The position numbers and the translations under genes are program-made. Below are positions 1-13,027 of a stretch of DNA of 64,000 bases, one piece after another. The notes under the pieces are model-generated. The model saw nothing but the letters and a program-made list of their open reading frames with translations, made no database searches and was not told where the DNA came from. Numbering within the stretch: position 1 is the first letter of the stretch; every line of letters starts with the position of its first letter. The DNA is from Tubiluchus corallicola (lineage: Eukaryota > Animalia > Priapulida), in the NCBI GenBank assembly GCA_030141605.1, contig JAQGDQ010000057.1, forward strand, positions 186,001-250,000, given 5' to 3'.

Positions 1-2545
1 AATAACTTTCGATGACAGCTAAACTGTTGAAACTAATAAGTTTCCTCTCTATTCGCTGTGTGTCTGCACCTGCAGTATTTTTTATACACAGCTCGGAAGC
101 GTGCAAGCCGTGATCCCTCACTAAAGGTCGTGCTCAACGCAATGGTTGTAGCAAGACCGGAATCTATATCGCTATTGGACAATCTCCTAAGATGAGTAGA
201 AATAAGTAGTGAGGGGCTGTAGTAGACGAAATTGCTAAAAAGTGGTTTTTCTGGCAGTCGCCCATCTATCTGCCGACTGTGCTGTACATTGTTTAGCTTC
301 AGTTGACACCGTGATGTTTAGCTTCAGTTGCCACCGTGACCACTCTGCTGTTCACACATATTTCTGTCGCTTCCGAAAATATTATAATTCTCTTTTTCAC
401 CTTGTTATACTTCACCTTGTTACAATTCTTAATACAATAACGTTCCAAAATAAAGGAACTTTTTTGTTTCGATTTGTTTTTTATTTTTGCTGGTTTTCTA
501 TTTCTTTCCTTCAATTCTTCCTTTTCAATCTTTATTTCTCGATTCCTCTTTCTCATTTTTTCTTCACTCTTTTTTCTCTTTCTTTATCTTTATAACACTT
601 CTCTCTTTCTCTTTGTCTTGCCCTTTCTCTTTTTCGTTCTCTCTTTTCTTGTTGCATTCTCTTTTTCTTTTCACCAGGCGACCTGAGACTTGGGCTTCCT
701 CCTGCGCTCTGGTTTCCCCTCTGATTTTGCCTTGATTTGATCACATCTTTCATGCTTGGTAAGCTGACATCAGTATCATGAGAGAAAATCTCATCAAGCG
801 TTTGCCCTGAAGAGAAACGTGTCCGCCTCGCTGAATTTACATCTCTCATTCACTGCAGTAAATCTCATGTAAGATTTTATATTAGTACAAGCATGGGGAG
901 AGAAAGATGAAACAACAGAGAATAATGTAACACAAACAAAACCCAATCCATCATTCAATTTCAATGTCACGTGTAAGCTATCGCATTCAGTCTTCCCAAG
1001 AAGATAAGCAAAAAGAGGGATTATTGGCTTCATAACTGTAGATTACGAGTTAGGAATCAGGCTAGGTGACTTTAGACGGGATTCCAAAACCACATTAACT
1101 AGAATTCATCTTTGGCGCTTAGTTTTTGGCACGTCACGGTCGACGAACGAGTGCGGAGTGGGGGGGGGGGGGAGTGGGTTGAGACAAACGGTTATATATA
1201 TTCACCTTTTAATTGTAGCCCATCACCATGAGTGACTTAGTTTGCGGCAATTTGCAATTTGCCTGTTTTACCTAATCGCTTTTGTGACACCCTGACTGTA
1301 TAGGGTCATATTACTGCGTTTCACCAGGCATTACCTTCAAGGTTCGTTGTGTAAAATTTTATCAGTCATAAATAATCACTTTATCAAACTTGTTCGTGCG
1401 ATTGTTGATTCTTTGCTTGTTTTATGTCGATAAATGTGATAATATGGTTTTAATACAAACTATTAGTTGCTCCCGTTCTAAGTAAAAAAAGTTAATTGTG
1501 GCCGTTTATAAATGGTCATCATACTTCTGCTTGTTTTTGTAAAGTTTGTAGCGGTCTGAGATTCATGCGCATTCTTCCGTTAATGTTTCTTTCACTAGTT
1601 TTGTTTCTGTCAATTCTATATCGCTAAAACACTCAACTGTTACTTTTAGTTCTGTTCAACTTGCAAGTCATGACGTTCATTGAGAACTAATGGCTCTTCG
1701 CGCTCATAGACCGCAAATTTGCTCGCCAAGTATCAGATAATTTGCTGTTTTACTGACGCGCTAATTATTGCTCTAATGAACTTACTTAATGGAACGTGTG
1801 ATTAGCTTGAACAGCCAGTTTGCGGCTGAAGAAAAATGTGTCAGTCGAGAGGCTGCTTGTAGTTTTTAAGCGTCACTATTTCCCTCGGCATTTTCGCTGT
1901 GTAATTCGTTATTGCTGTGACAGCCTTCACTGCCAGTTATGTCATTCTTGACTTATCATCTTCCTTTCACTATCATCACCCATCGTCATTATCAGTATCG
2001 TTTTACCGTCATTGACAGTAAATCACTGTCTGTGTCGCTGTCTTCATCACCGACATCAGTATTATCATTGCTATAGTCAGTGTCATCATCGTAATTGCTG
2101 TCATAATTATAATAACGCGTCACCATAGTATCCACCAATTTTGCCATTATAATCGTCGTTAATATCATGAGTTTCAGAGTCTTTATCATTTGAGTTACCA
2201 CTAGAATTCATTATTTCAATCATCATCAATAATCTTTAAAGTTGAAACAATCAGTATACGATTCGACACTAACATTTCGACCTTGTATGCACGTTGACTG
2301 TTTTATATTCCTTGAAAAACAAAACGAGAACATGATAGCCAACCGACGTGTCATCGAACAAGCTAGTCAAGCGAGCCTTTTCCCTAATCGGGTCCGCGTG
2401 CACACCTTTCCATTAACGGAAAGGACAAATCACTTAGGATCTTGGGATTATTTTACTGTTATCACTTAAGCTTAGAAAAATATAATAAAGAAATGTATAA
2501 AAAACTGTCTATAAAGCACATATTTCTAATAACACATAAAGCCGT

Positions 2546-2613
2546 AAAATTTCTATACGGAAGTAGTATACGTGAATTATGATTCACGTATACTACTTCC
2601 GTATAGAAATTTT
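2546..2613. repeat. Perfect 32-bp inverted repeat with a 4-nt loop
   Basis: AAAATTTCTATACGGAAGTAGTATACGTGAAT-tatg-ATTCACGTATACTACTTCCGTATAGAAATTTT. Confidence 0.95.
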
Positions 2614-3096
2614 CAGGCGAGTTTTCGTTCACGTCACGTTCACGTCAAACGTTCACCTGAAAGTTTCGTAAACGCATCGTAAGTGTGTGCTGCTTAAACT
2701 AATTAAAACTTCTGCAAGTTACCTAAAGTCCAGTCAAAAGTATCACAAAATTAGCTATCTCATTTTCTGTAGAAACTTATTACGCCTTTCAGCGAAATTG
2801 ACAGCGTGGTGCTGCTTTCCTTCAGTCGATGGACGATGTCATTGGTGGAAGAATCGACGTTCAAACGGGAAGCGCCCAAACTTGAAATGACCGCAACTCT
2901 AAAGTGACTTTGCTAATTACAGGAGGCGCTTATCGCAGTTTTACTGCTAAACCCTTCTAACATTTTTCGCGAACATTATTTGGTTAGGTAAGCCTAACTT
3001 TGCAGAATGCTTGGACTTTCATTTAAAGCTATGTGACTTTACTCATTTGGTGAAATTATTTCCTATCATTATCAAGTGCAACTCTGCTTTCGCTTT

Positions 3097-3136
3097 ATCG
3101 TCTTCATCATCATCAACGTCATCGTCGTCGTCGTCG

Positions 3137-3169
<33 letters not shown>

Positions 3170-3270
3170 CCACCATAACCACCAGAACCACCACCACCAT
3201 CACCATCATCATCATCATCATCGTCGTCGTCGTCGTCATCATCATCACCATTATCATCATCATCATCATT
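3097..3270. repeat. Compound (CAT)/(CGT)/(CAC) microsatellite
   Basis: Direct inspection. Confidence 0.95.
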
Positions 3271-5162
3271 GTTTTTGAATACAGGGACGTCGTCAGTGTG
3301 ACTTGTTGTCGTCAACCTTATGCCATACATTTATATCAGCATTCGGGTCTGCAGCAGCTCCTTCAAACTTTGAAATTTATCGCACGTGAAATAAATCGAA
3401 GCTATTTTTCGCACCTGTGGCAGTGAGTCAGGTAACTGTTTAAGCAGAATGCTGGATTTTCATCGATTGCAGAAATGTGCAAAAACCTGGTGAAAATCCA
3501 CTGTAGTCGTATGATGGTCTCTGAAGTAAAAACTCAGTCGATAATAGACGAATGTCACTTAAGCCGAGTGACGTTGTATCAGCATTAAGCTCTCTCTTAA
3601 GCCGTACAAATGCCGTAAGATTTTTTGCGGGAATGTTATTCGACATTATGACAGTATGATAGTACAAACTGGACACAATTTAATTGTTAATTTCTCAGTA
3701 TCGGTGGCCAAATGCTTTTAATCTCCAGCTGAATGAAGAAATTTTTAGGATAACTTTAATGGTATTGTTATTTCTGTTCTTAAAAAGCAATGATAATGTG
3801 CAACCTTTTGTTAAGTCGTTATTGTAATCTTTTTGTCGAAGTGTAGGAATGTTGAACTCGTAGATAAAGTGATTGTATAGTTTATTGAAGTACAAAAACA
3901 TCCATAATATTAACATTAAGGTGTGAAGCGGGAACAATACACATAGTTAAAGTACAAGTCATAACTCACTTCTCAACTTCCTCCTGCGGTGTTCTGACAC
4001 TGCTTATATTTGCTTTCGCAAAGCTGTTATTAGAAAGTGTACTTTTACATCTAACACCAATTCTGTTCTTAGTATTGTCTTCTGCTGACTTGCTTCATTT
4101 TCTGACTTGCTTGTCAATGGTCAGCAATTATTCTTAGAATATTTACTTAACAACAGTGAGCTTAACACTGATTGGTTGCTTGCATGACAGTGACCATTAA
4201 CTGTCAATTATCGTGACGTCATCTTGCTCCGCCCACGACGACCATTAACTGCCTGTCATCGTGACGTCATAAAATACTTGCCCTTAATCCTATTACTAAG
4301 CCTTAATTTGCGTCTGATAACTAAATATCTATGTTCGAATAAGAAATCCAAGAAACACTATGGCGACAACTTGCGTGGGATTATTCAGCGTAAGGCAAGC
4401 TCTAAGCTAAACGCAATTTACTTTCTGTAAACAATGTCGAACACGAACAAATAAAGACTCGAAAAAGGCAATTTCAAAATGTAGAAGTGAAATTTTTTGG
4501 GGGGGGGGGAAATGTGCCATTTGTTCATTTCGCCCAGGCATCCAATTTTAAACCAATGTGTATTCATCCGCGCGGTGATTTGAATATATCAGTCTATAGT
4601 TTAGCGATAAATACGCAGTGAGCCTAAAAATTGGAAAAGCTAAAGTAATTACCAGGAAACTGTGGTAATAGAACAGTTGATAGAGCAATTTTCTCTAAAT
4701 AACCAACACGGAACAGGGCCCACCAGAAAAAAGGTTTTGGGAAGCCATTTATGAAAATGAAATAAATATTTTTCATATTTCATATTGCAGTCTATATAAA
4801 ATTGTGAAACGTTATACGAAGCTGAAGAAATGAGAGGAAAAATTTGACTTTTAATTTAGCGAACAGGTTACTAGGAGCATCACCCGTGTTCATTTCCCAA
4901 CGCCCTGTCGCACCTCGTTTCAGTCCGCCTCTGAATAATGAGAAAGTAATGGAAAATTGAGATGACAGCATTGATCGGAAAACACGGAAAACTCAACCAA
5001 ATCTACACGATCGTTTCACAATATAGGATAATCGGCGTTTGATGGACTAAAACTCGACGAGATTTTTTTAAATTTCTGTTAGTTTTCCACCTCTTTTTTT
5101 AAAACGCTTCGCACGTAATCTGCTAATAAACTGCAGCACCTATTCCATTAAAATAATTTACA

Positions 5163-5265
5163 TTCACATCCAGCGACAGCGACAGCGGGTTATTTCTGCA
5201 CAAACGACGGATGTTATTCTTTGATTGGTCGGCTAGAAACAATGCGCGGGAATTGGCGCGCATGC
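5163..5265 (+). repeat. Dispersed repeat, copy 1 (second copy at 41479-41575)
   Basis: TTCACATCCAGCGACAGC...GACGGATG...TTGATTGGTCGGCTAGAAACAATG...TGGCGCGCA present at both loci. Confidence 0.8.
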
Positions 5266-5599
5266 TCACACAATTTAAAAAAAGAGGAAATTAAAGTGAG
5301 AACTAGCCAGAATCTTTTTCTGCGTTCCTCATGCTGACCATAATTACGGAACAGGAGCTTAGATGGTACACTGTATGTGTGTGCTTCTCGTTTAGTCTTG
5401 TGTTTATAATTAATTTCTTATTTACAACAACATATTTTAAACAACATATTTTATTGAGCCTTATCTGCTTTATACATATGCACATACAAAACAAAATTAA
5501 AAAAATTAGCAGATATCACAAACAAGGGATATACAGAAGACTATTAACCTTTACACATGTATAATGGCTTAACACATAATCGCGTATTATGTGTTATTA

Positions 5600-6420
5600 C
5601 ACCATATTACACAGTCATATAGTGGGGCTGGATAGACTACAAGTTAAAATCTAGTGTTCAACAGCAAGCCTACTTCAATATGAATGTTTGTGGTTGTTGT
5701 CTATATTATTATCGAGGCTAAGTTTCTAAGATGATTCGCTGAACTCATAGAAAAATCTTGTGTGCCATCCCTCAGTGAGATAACCAACCAGAATCAGCAA
5801 GACAGGTGCAGCGAACGCTTTGATCACCCTTCGATCCACTAACCAGCCCAGCGTCCAGTGTACACTGTAATCGCTTAGTGGCCCCCTCACTTATCTATTA
5901 CCTAGCGGTACCACAGCAACTTGAAGTTACTCTTAATTCCTGTCATTAATGTCATAATAATGCAATTAGACGACTCTTTAATCTTCGTAGCTGATGTCGC
6001 GCAAGCCAAATGTATGTTAGCTACATTGTATTTAGTTTTTCCTGTATACTACAGGAAAGATTTGTTTAGTCTCAGAAGTAAGCTGTTTTTTTAGTCAGAA
6101 TACTGTTATTAATAACTTGCTGTACAATACTGATACATTGTTTAGATCGCGAACATTTTATAAGTCGTGGCAAAGAATCTTATACACCCATTCTTACTAA
6201 CCCATTCTTGTATATAAGCTTGCTATGTTTCTGTAAACTAACTCTGTGCGTTTTACTAGCCCTATTTTTATTCTTGTTTTATGGACTTTAAATGTTTGAA
6301 ATAAAATAAACAATAAATAATAATAATTAAGAATTATCTCCCTGTTAAAATGCTTACTCTGCAACTCACTTAACCGTTTTATTTTGTTAATTTTTATTGA
6401 TAAAACTGTATTTACAATTT
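5600..6420 (-). mobile_element. Possible decayed L2/CR1-group LINE 3' end
   Basis: Minus-strand fragments HKTR...RTEL and DSLPRLIKCSRS resemble the NSLPxxIK motif; boundaries approximate. Confidence 0.35.
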
Positions 6421-8516
6421 GTTTACACCCGCTGCTGGAGATGAACACGTTCTATTGAAAATCAGCACAAACTCCTCACAAATTTTGAGACGTGCGCTCG
6501 CATTTTGTTAGCAAATTATCAAACGTGTTGACTACACGTTATAAATTTCATTCAGCGTTTTACTCACAGTGTGGGTAATTTTTTCTGATTTACTAACATA
6601 TTAAGATAAATGCAAGAAAAGGGGGAAATGCTTATGCAGTCAATACTGCACGGATGAATGAAACGGGTTGCAATTGTGCGGTGTACAATCCAGTCACGAG
6701 CACTCCGTTTATCATTCAACATAATTATAAACGTTTTATTACAATCGCAAACTGCTTTACCTATCATAGCTTCAAAACCCATAAAGCAGCATTAAACATG
6801 ACTTTAATTAGTTATGGCTTCATACTGCAACAAAACTTGCTGTCTCTGATGTTTGCCCACACGTGATGTAAAAATGTCATCAGAGTCGACTTGATCAAAG
6901 ACCGTTCCGTTCAGACCCGCTGTGTAGACTGAATAAAGCGCGCACCTGCTCACGTATCAAACTCTAGTCATGAACGTATAAAACAAAGCAAATAAATTTT
7001 CCCTTTTTTCCACGTAGATAAAAGTTAGTTCATGTTTGATGGCGAGCAGCTGTAGTTAAACTAATAGAACGCACACAGTGTTTTGCACACATTTGGACCA
7101 ATTAGTCTGCTGTTTGTCTGGGCTTAAAAAACCTTGGTAGAGATAATGAAAAAGGTGTTATTAGGGTTCATTAGTATCTGGTATAAAAGACCAACTTAAA
7201 ACCTCATAAAACCTAGAATTGCTTTATATGTGCATTCAAATTAAAACATAGAAAGTTTAAAAATATTAACATTTCACTAGATCTTTTGCAAGATGATACG
7301 ATACATCTACATTTTTTGACTGCATTAATGTTATTTTATTCATAGAACTATATACGTTATAGATTACATACGACATACATATATATATATATATATGTAT
7401 GTATTCGTACAAACATTACATACGTATTTGCGACTGTATGTCATTATCATCATTATCGTCATCGTCATCATCATCAGTATCATCATCACCGCCACATTCT
7501 GCTTATTTTTTGTTTCAGCCTTGCTGCTTTTATATCTGTTTTTGTAAACTTCTTTCGCAATCCTTCCTATGTATTTCCTTTGTCTACATTTGGCACATGT
7601 GTGCTTCAGTTTTCTAACTCGTGTTCGCCGTCCTCTCCAGGACACCGAGGTTAAGGCGCATCATCTCTAACGTGATCGTTAACAACGCTTTTAATTATGT
7701 CTGTGCAGACTCTCCAGTCTCCAACTGTGCTGAACTGTCACAGGAGATTTATCCTCTCCACCGACCTGTCTTATTGATCACAGTGAACGCAATCACGTAG
7801 AAGAGAGGAAAACTATCTAGAGTCAAAAGAATCTATATTATTATTGATAGTTTTAGCAGTTAGATAATATGTTTCTCTTTGGTGGTCTTCTTAAGCATCT
7901 TTGTGTTGTTTTTATTGCCACTGTTGCTGACACAGACAGCATGACCATTATCATCATCATTATTTTCGTCACCATCTTCGTCATCATCGCCTCCGTTATT
8001 ATGGGCTCGTTCTTGATGTCATTACTGCTGCAACTACTGCAGTTGTCACGACATCATATTTGTTAGAGTTTTCATCCTGATCTTTACTTTTATCATTGTC
8101 ATCATTACCATTATCACCGCCACCGCCACCACCACCACCATCATCATCATTATCATTTTGAGGCATAATGCATAGCAGAGCGGTAAACTGGTCAATTAAT
8201 ACATGGTTGAACCGCTTCCATCAGGACTCTGGGCAGTTTCATTCGTCATGCTGATTCGGCTGTTTACCTCATAGACGGAGAATGTGCACACACCCAAATG
8301 CAAGTCCTCCGGTTAGTGGCTCATCTTAGATGCATCGATTTAGGTTCCGTTAGGTTTAGTTGATTAGTTAGATTCCGGTCTCCACACGATCAACGAATCT
8401 GAATGGAATACGGAATTGCGAACTGTATAGAAAAGTCATCATCGATATTGTCATTGCACTGACAATATGCTTTTGTATGAGCAAACTGAAAAAGGCAATA
8501 AGTTGGTTTAAGAGTA

Positions 8517-8790
8517 ATGTTTAAATCAAACCCTACTAAATTCCACGCAGTCACTGTTTCTCTCGTCAAGCAAACGAGAAACTTGGCTATTAATATAAAT
8601 AATTTGTGCATAATTTCTGAGAATGAGGTCAAATTACTCGAAGTTATAATTAATGATTGTCTGAGTTTTGACAAACACATATGTGAACTCTGTGAAAAAG
8701 AATCCAACCGAGTAAATGTATTGCGCAGACTCAGTAGCTATATCGATAGCAAAATCAACATTCTGATCCTTCATACTTGCAAACTTCAGC
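8517..8790 (+). mobile_element. CR1/L2-group LINE RT C-terminal fragment
   Basis: NPTKFH...EVKLLEVIINDCLSFDKHICELCEKESNRVNVLRRL resembles the NPxK...KLLGVxIDxxLxFxxHI...LRR pattern. Confidence 0.72.
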
Positions 8791-8913
8791 TAATGCATTC
8801 TCATTCCAAATTTTCTGTATCTAAGTAAACCGCTTGTGAATACCTTGACATGCTGCTAAAACTCATTGTTGCCATTTTGACCATAAGAATCAATACAAAA
8901 ACATGTTAAATAG

Positions 8914-9360
8914 GAGAGCGGTAATAAAATTAGAAAAGTCACGGGAAAGAAAGTCACACTTAATTTTTGGTGGCTAGTCAAAATTACTAGTCACCAAACC
9001 ATTATTTTTGGCTACAAAAGAAAGTCGGGTAGTCAAACAAAAATATTCAAGACAGTCACAATTTATGACATTTTATCAAGTAACATAAACAATCAAAATA
9101 ATAAAACAGAAAATATTTTAAATCAGTTATTAACTGGCAATCCATGACTTGTACATAGTGGCAACACTATTTATATATGACGGCATGCATGTGAAAAAAT
9201 CATGTTTTGTTCAATGTCTTGGAGTTAGGATTAGGCTTAGGTGTTAGGGTTAGTGTTAGGCATAGGGGTAGGGGTAGGGGTTATTTCTTTTTTCCTGTGA
9301 CTTTTTCCCTTTGACTTTTTTACCTGCGCTTTTTTACCCGTGACTTTGTTACCCGGATTC
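8914..9360. mobile_element. MITE-like element with subterminal AAAGTCAC repeats and internal telomere-like (TTAGGG-variant) repeats
   Basis: AAAAGTCACGGG at left, repeated GTGACTTT and CCCGTGACTTT at right; GTTAGG/GTAGGG units at about 9224-9281. Confidence 0.6.
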
Positions 9361-11130
9361 GTTGAGTAAACAGTTTTCGTCCTTGGCTTGCTGCCAAGAT
9401 TGAATGTTGTTATTTAGTTTTTAGTTTTTCTTTTTAATTTTGTTTTTAGTATTCAATTTTAGGTCGAGTTCGTCATGAACAGCGTAATCTTGCATGATCC
9501 GATTGTGACTGATTATCGATGAGTATAGTGTCAAAAACTGCATTGATCAGCAGTCGATCTGACTAAAGACATTACGGTGGTAAGCTGTCAACATCTAAGA
9601 AAGTTTCTTCCCCCTCCCCCCATAAAAACGTTCAGTCTTCTCAGCTGACCATAGTTTTTCTGTGGAGGAATGACCGCATCATGTATTGTTACTAAGACTT
9701 TGTGGCAATTGGCAAAATAAATAAATTTTTCCCGTCGAAATTCGTTTGCTTTCTCTTCTGTTTGCGTCAAAAATTGACTGCCTTCTGTCGTTTTATTCCA
9801 TTTTGTTTGCAAATATTTACTCTTCACTCCCGGGGCACTATTATGTTTGCCTTCATCAGTCAATTAAATATGATAAAGAAAGAAGAATAAATGTTCGTTT
9901 TTAATAAAGAAACTAAAAGATTTTAAAATTTTGTTTGTAAAGCGGCATCATTGCTAGAAAGACGTGAAAATTAGCCTTAAAGTAAATTATAGCTGCATGG
10001 TGTAGAACAAGCCTAGCTCAATGAGAGCATTTATTTATTAGGGTTCATCATTGACATTCAAATGATCTCTTTTAGACTTGCGACCACTTTGTTGCACTGT
10101 TTTAGCTGTTACTATTGCTTCAGATTATGGCATAGTGCTACTAGAAAGTTTTTCTTTGTAGTAATTTCACTTTTCCTTGAATCCTCAAGTTTAACAACAA
10201 CTAGCTATCGAAATTAATCATACAAAGCAATATTTTTGTTTATTAAACGTCTTTTATTGTTTTGCGAAAAAGCAAACTAATACGAGATCTTAGAAGATAG
10301 CATACTTTACTGATATTGTATGTCATTTATACTTTTGTTTTGCTCAGTTTACTCACTTACTCAGTTTTATTAAATTGAGAAATTGACCAGGAAAAATAAT
10401 TTTACATCTTCAATCTGATAACACAGTATTTAGAATTTATGTTAAAATCCTCATTAAATGGCCTTTTTAAGAACTCAGTCAGCCTCCAGCGATGGTTGCT
10501 CGAATTTCCCTATTAAATTCAGTTTTCTCTTATAGAAATTCGATGCGCTTTTTTAAGGGGGTGGGGAGGAAGTTGATTAATTTTTCAAAAACATGATAAT
10601 AAACTGCTCGGCTTTCATCACGCAGAAATTCTAATGACTTGTTCATTCTTTATCTAAACTTCCTTTGGCTTCATTGAGCATCAAGTCTAATTGTAGGTTT
10701 TATTTGATTTCCCCAGCGAGGAGAATAGGATTGTGCACGAGTGAAAATGCTTGAATTATGATAACGAGAAAAAATATGTGATTTGCACATATAACAAGTA
10801 GAGAACATTCAAAGCTGGTTATTTCAATATAAGCTAATACAGATCCAGCCGCGCAGTAACCCTTTCGCTTGAATGGCTCTCCGGCCATGAATTTAGTGGG
10901 AAAATTGCATCTTCGTTGTCATGACAAATGGAAATGGACGCGGTTTGTTTGCGTTGGGTGTTTTTGAGGAAAGTCTATCCGGTAAATTACTTCTTTGCTG
11001 CAATAAGTCTTTGTCGTGTCATGACAGTGAGATTTGATTGTGTAACTCTGCTTATGACTCGGACGGCAGTGTATTTTTTGCATGAGCTCACACATTATTT
11101 TGCTAATTTACACAATACACAGTAATCCAG

Positions 11131-11420
11131 TTAATGAAAACCGGACACCATCTTAACTATAGCTCAAAACAGTCTACCCTGTAAAATATTGAAAGGGAAG
11201 ACATTCTTTTTTCAGGAATGACGTGGAAAAAGTATTATTGCTCAAAAACGTAATTTTCGTGTTCGCGCGACTAATTCTTCACTGTGGGGCACTGTTAGTT
11301 AAACGGGCGCAAACGCCTGCATCTCGGAAACGCGCACAAAAACAGGTGCTGTACCTCTGAGTACAAAGTTGTTCAGTTGTAGACGTAGTGCACACGTTCC
11401 AGAGCTCATTTAATTACCGG
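11131..11420 (+). mobile_element. Kolobok-like MITE, third (truncated) copy
   Basis: TTAATGAAAACCGGACACCATC...AAATATTGAAAG...CGCCTGCATCTCGGAAA...GTACCTCT is shared with the other two copies. Confidence 0.72.
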
Positions 11421-12927
11421 AAGCGCTTTGGCATTGTTATGTGTGTCAAAACGTATACGCTTACAGCGCTTCAAAATTGGGTTCAGGTAAGATCTAAATG
11501 AATTTTATAATACACTGATAACACTGGATATAGTGTCAAGTGAAGTGCATGGCAATAACTTTATTTTTGCACAAATTTTTATAACCACATGTTTGTAATG
11601 CTGGGAAGCAGTGACAGTGAGCGAGAGTATATTTGTTCATAAAGGGACAAGTCTCTAATAAATATAAGGTCACGCGCATTATATATCTGCGTGCGTGTGT
11701 GCGTGAGTGCGTGCATGCGTGTGTGTGTGCATAACCATTGCCCATTGATAACAATTGAAACAGTGATCTCTGTGGTACTGATGCCATTCGCTGTATTAAT
11801 GTTGCTCTATTTACGCCGGTAAATGGGTGTTGTCTACTTTGTCTAACATAGAAAGCTGCAACTTATGCAAGGTGCAATTTTACAAGTACACTTATGACCA
11901 TGTGGCAAACAATTGCATTAAATTAGTTTTTCAACATCAACACCAAGTAAATGAAAAATGGCAAAAATTTTAAATACTACGCCCTAAAACTATAAAATTT
12001 AACGTCAAAGTAAACCCTCAGTATAATATAAGCTTTTACAACTTAAAATCCTACTCTAATTACGAATATTAAATTCATTTTATCATAAACTTACTGTAAA
12101 ACTTGTTTCTTTTGATTTTTAATCATTTCATTACTAGCGGTATAAAATTTGAAGAACCGCCATTTTTTGTTGCTTTCTGTACCTCGTACGTTATTCTCGT
12201 TCACTCGTGCTAAAGACGGGAAACATGGCGATCTTTACGGCAATACACGCGTTCGAAATTTGCCAGAAAAACTCTCTTTTGTTTAATAATGACTATGAAC
12301 TCTTTGTGTAATCACAATACTGTGTTAAAAAATCCTTAATGTCTATTGGAGTTATATAGGCTTTTAACGAATTAATATGCGTACGTACTTCTATAAAAGC
12401 AGTTAGCGATTATTTGTTTGAATATGAGAACTACCATTATGGTACTCTTGTAATAAAACTGAGTGAATTTGCATGGGTTTCTTATGCACTTCCCTTGGGA
12501 TCGGATGTGCAAACAGCATTTGCGTCGCACTAAGCTAATTATTTGGGCACGTGACCTGCACTTAATTGCCGCATGACGTATTCAGCGTCTCGTTTCATTA
12601 ATATAACTAATTAGACGTAGAAATCATTGTATATTAGTCACAATTTGATGTGCCGGTAATGTTGGGCCAGTGATGCGATTGCCAGCTTTGCAAAGCGGCG
12701 GAATTTAATTAACAGTTTTAATTATGATATTTTTCGAGGAGGAAGAAGAGAAGACTTCAATTCCGTGGGCCCTTGAAACGAATGACCACGATTGTCTTTC
12801 GTTCATAATGAAGGACGCCATTAATTAAATATATGTCAATAAACACACTGAAAAATAATCGACGTATCAGTCAACTACTATGTGGAGATGGAAGTAAAAA
12901 GAAAAAACACAAAAATATTATTGTTTT

Positions 12928-13027
<100 letters not shown>

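Noticed and set aside
3043-3426. Poly-Asp, poly-Met and poly-Ile ORFs
   Set aside because: Translations of a trinucleotide microsatellite; the same applies to ORFs at 12833, 22106, 32440, 47853 and 60273.
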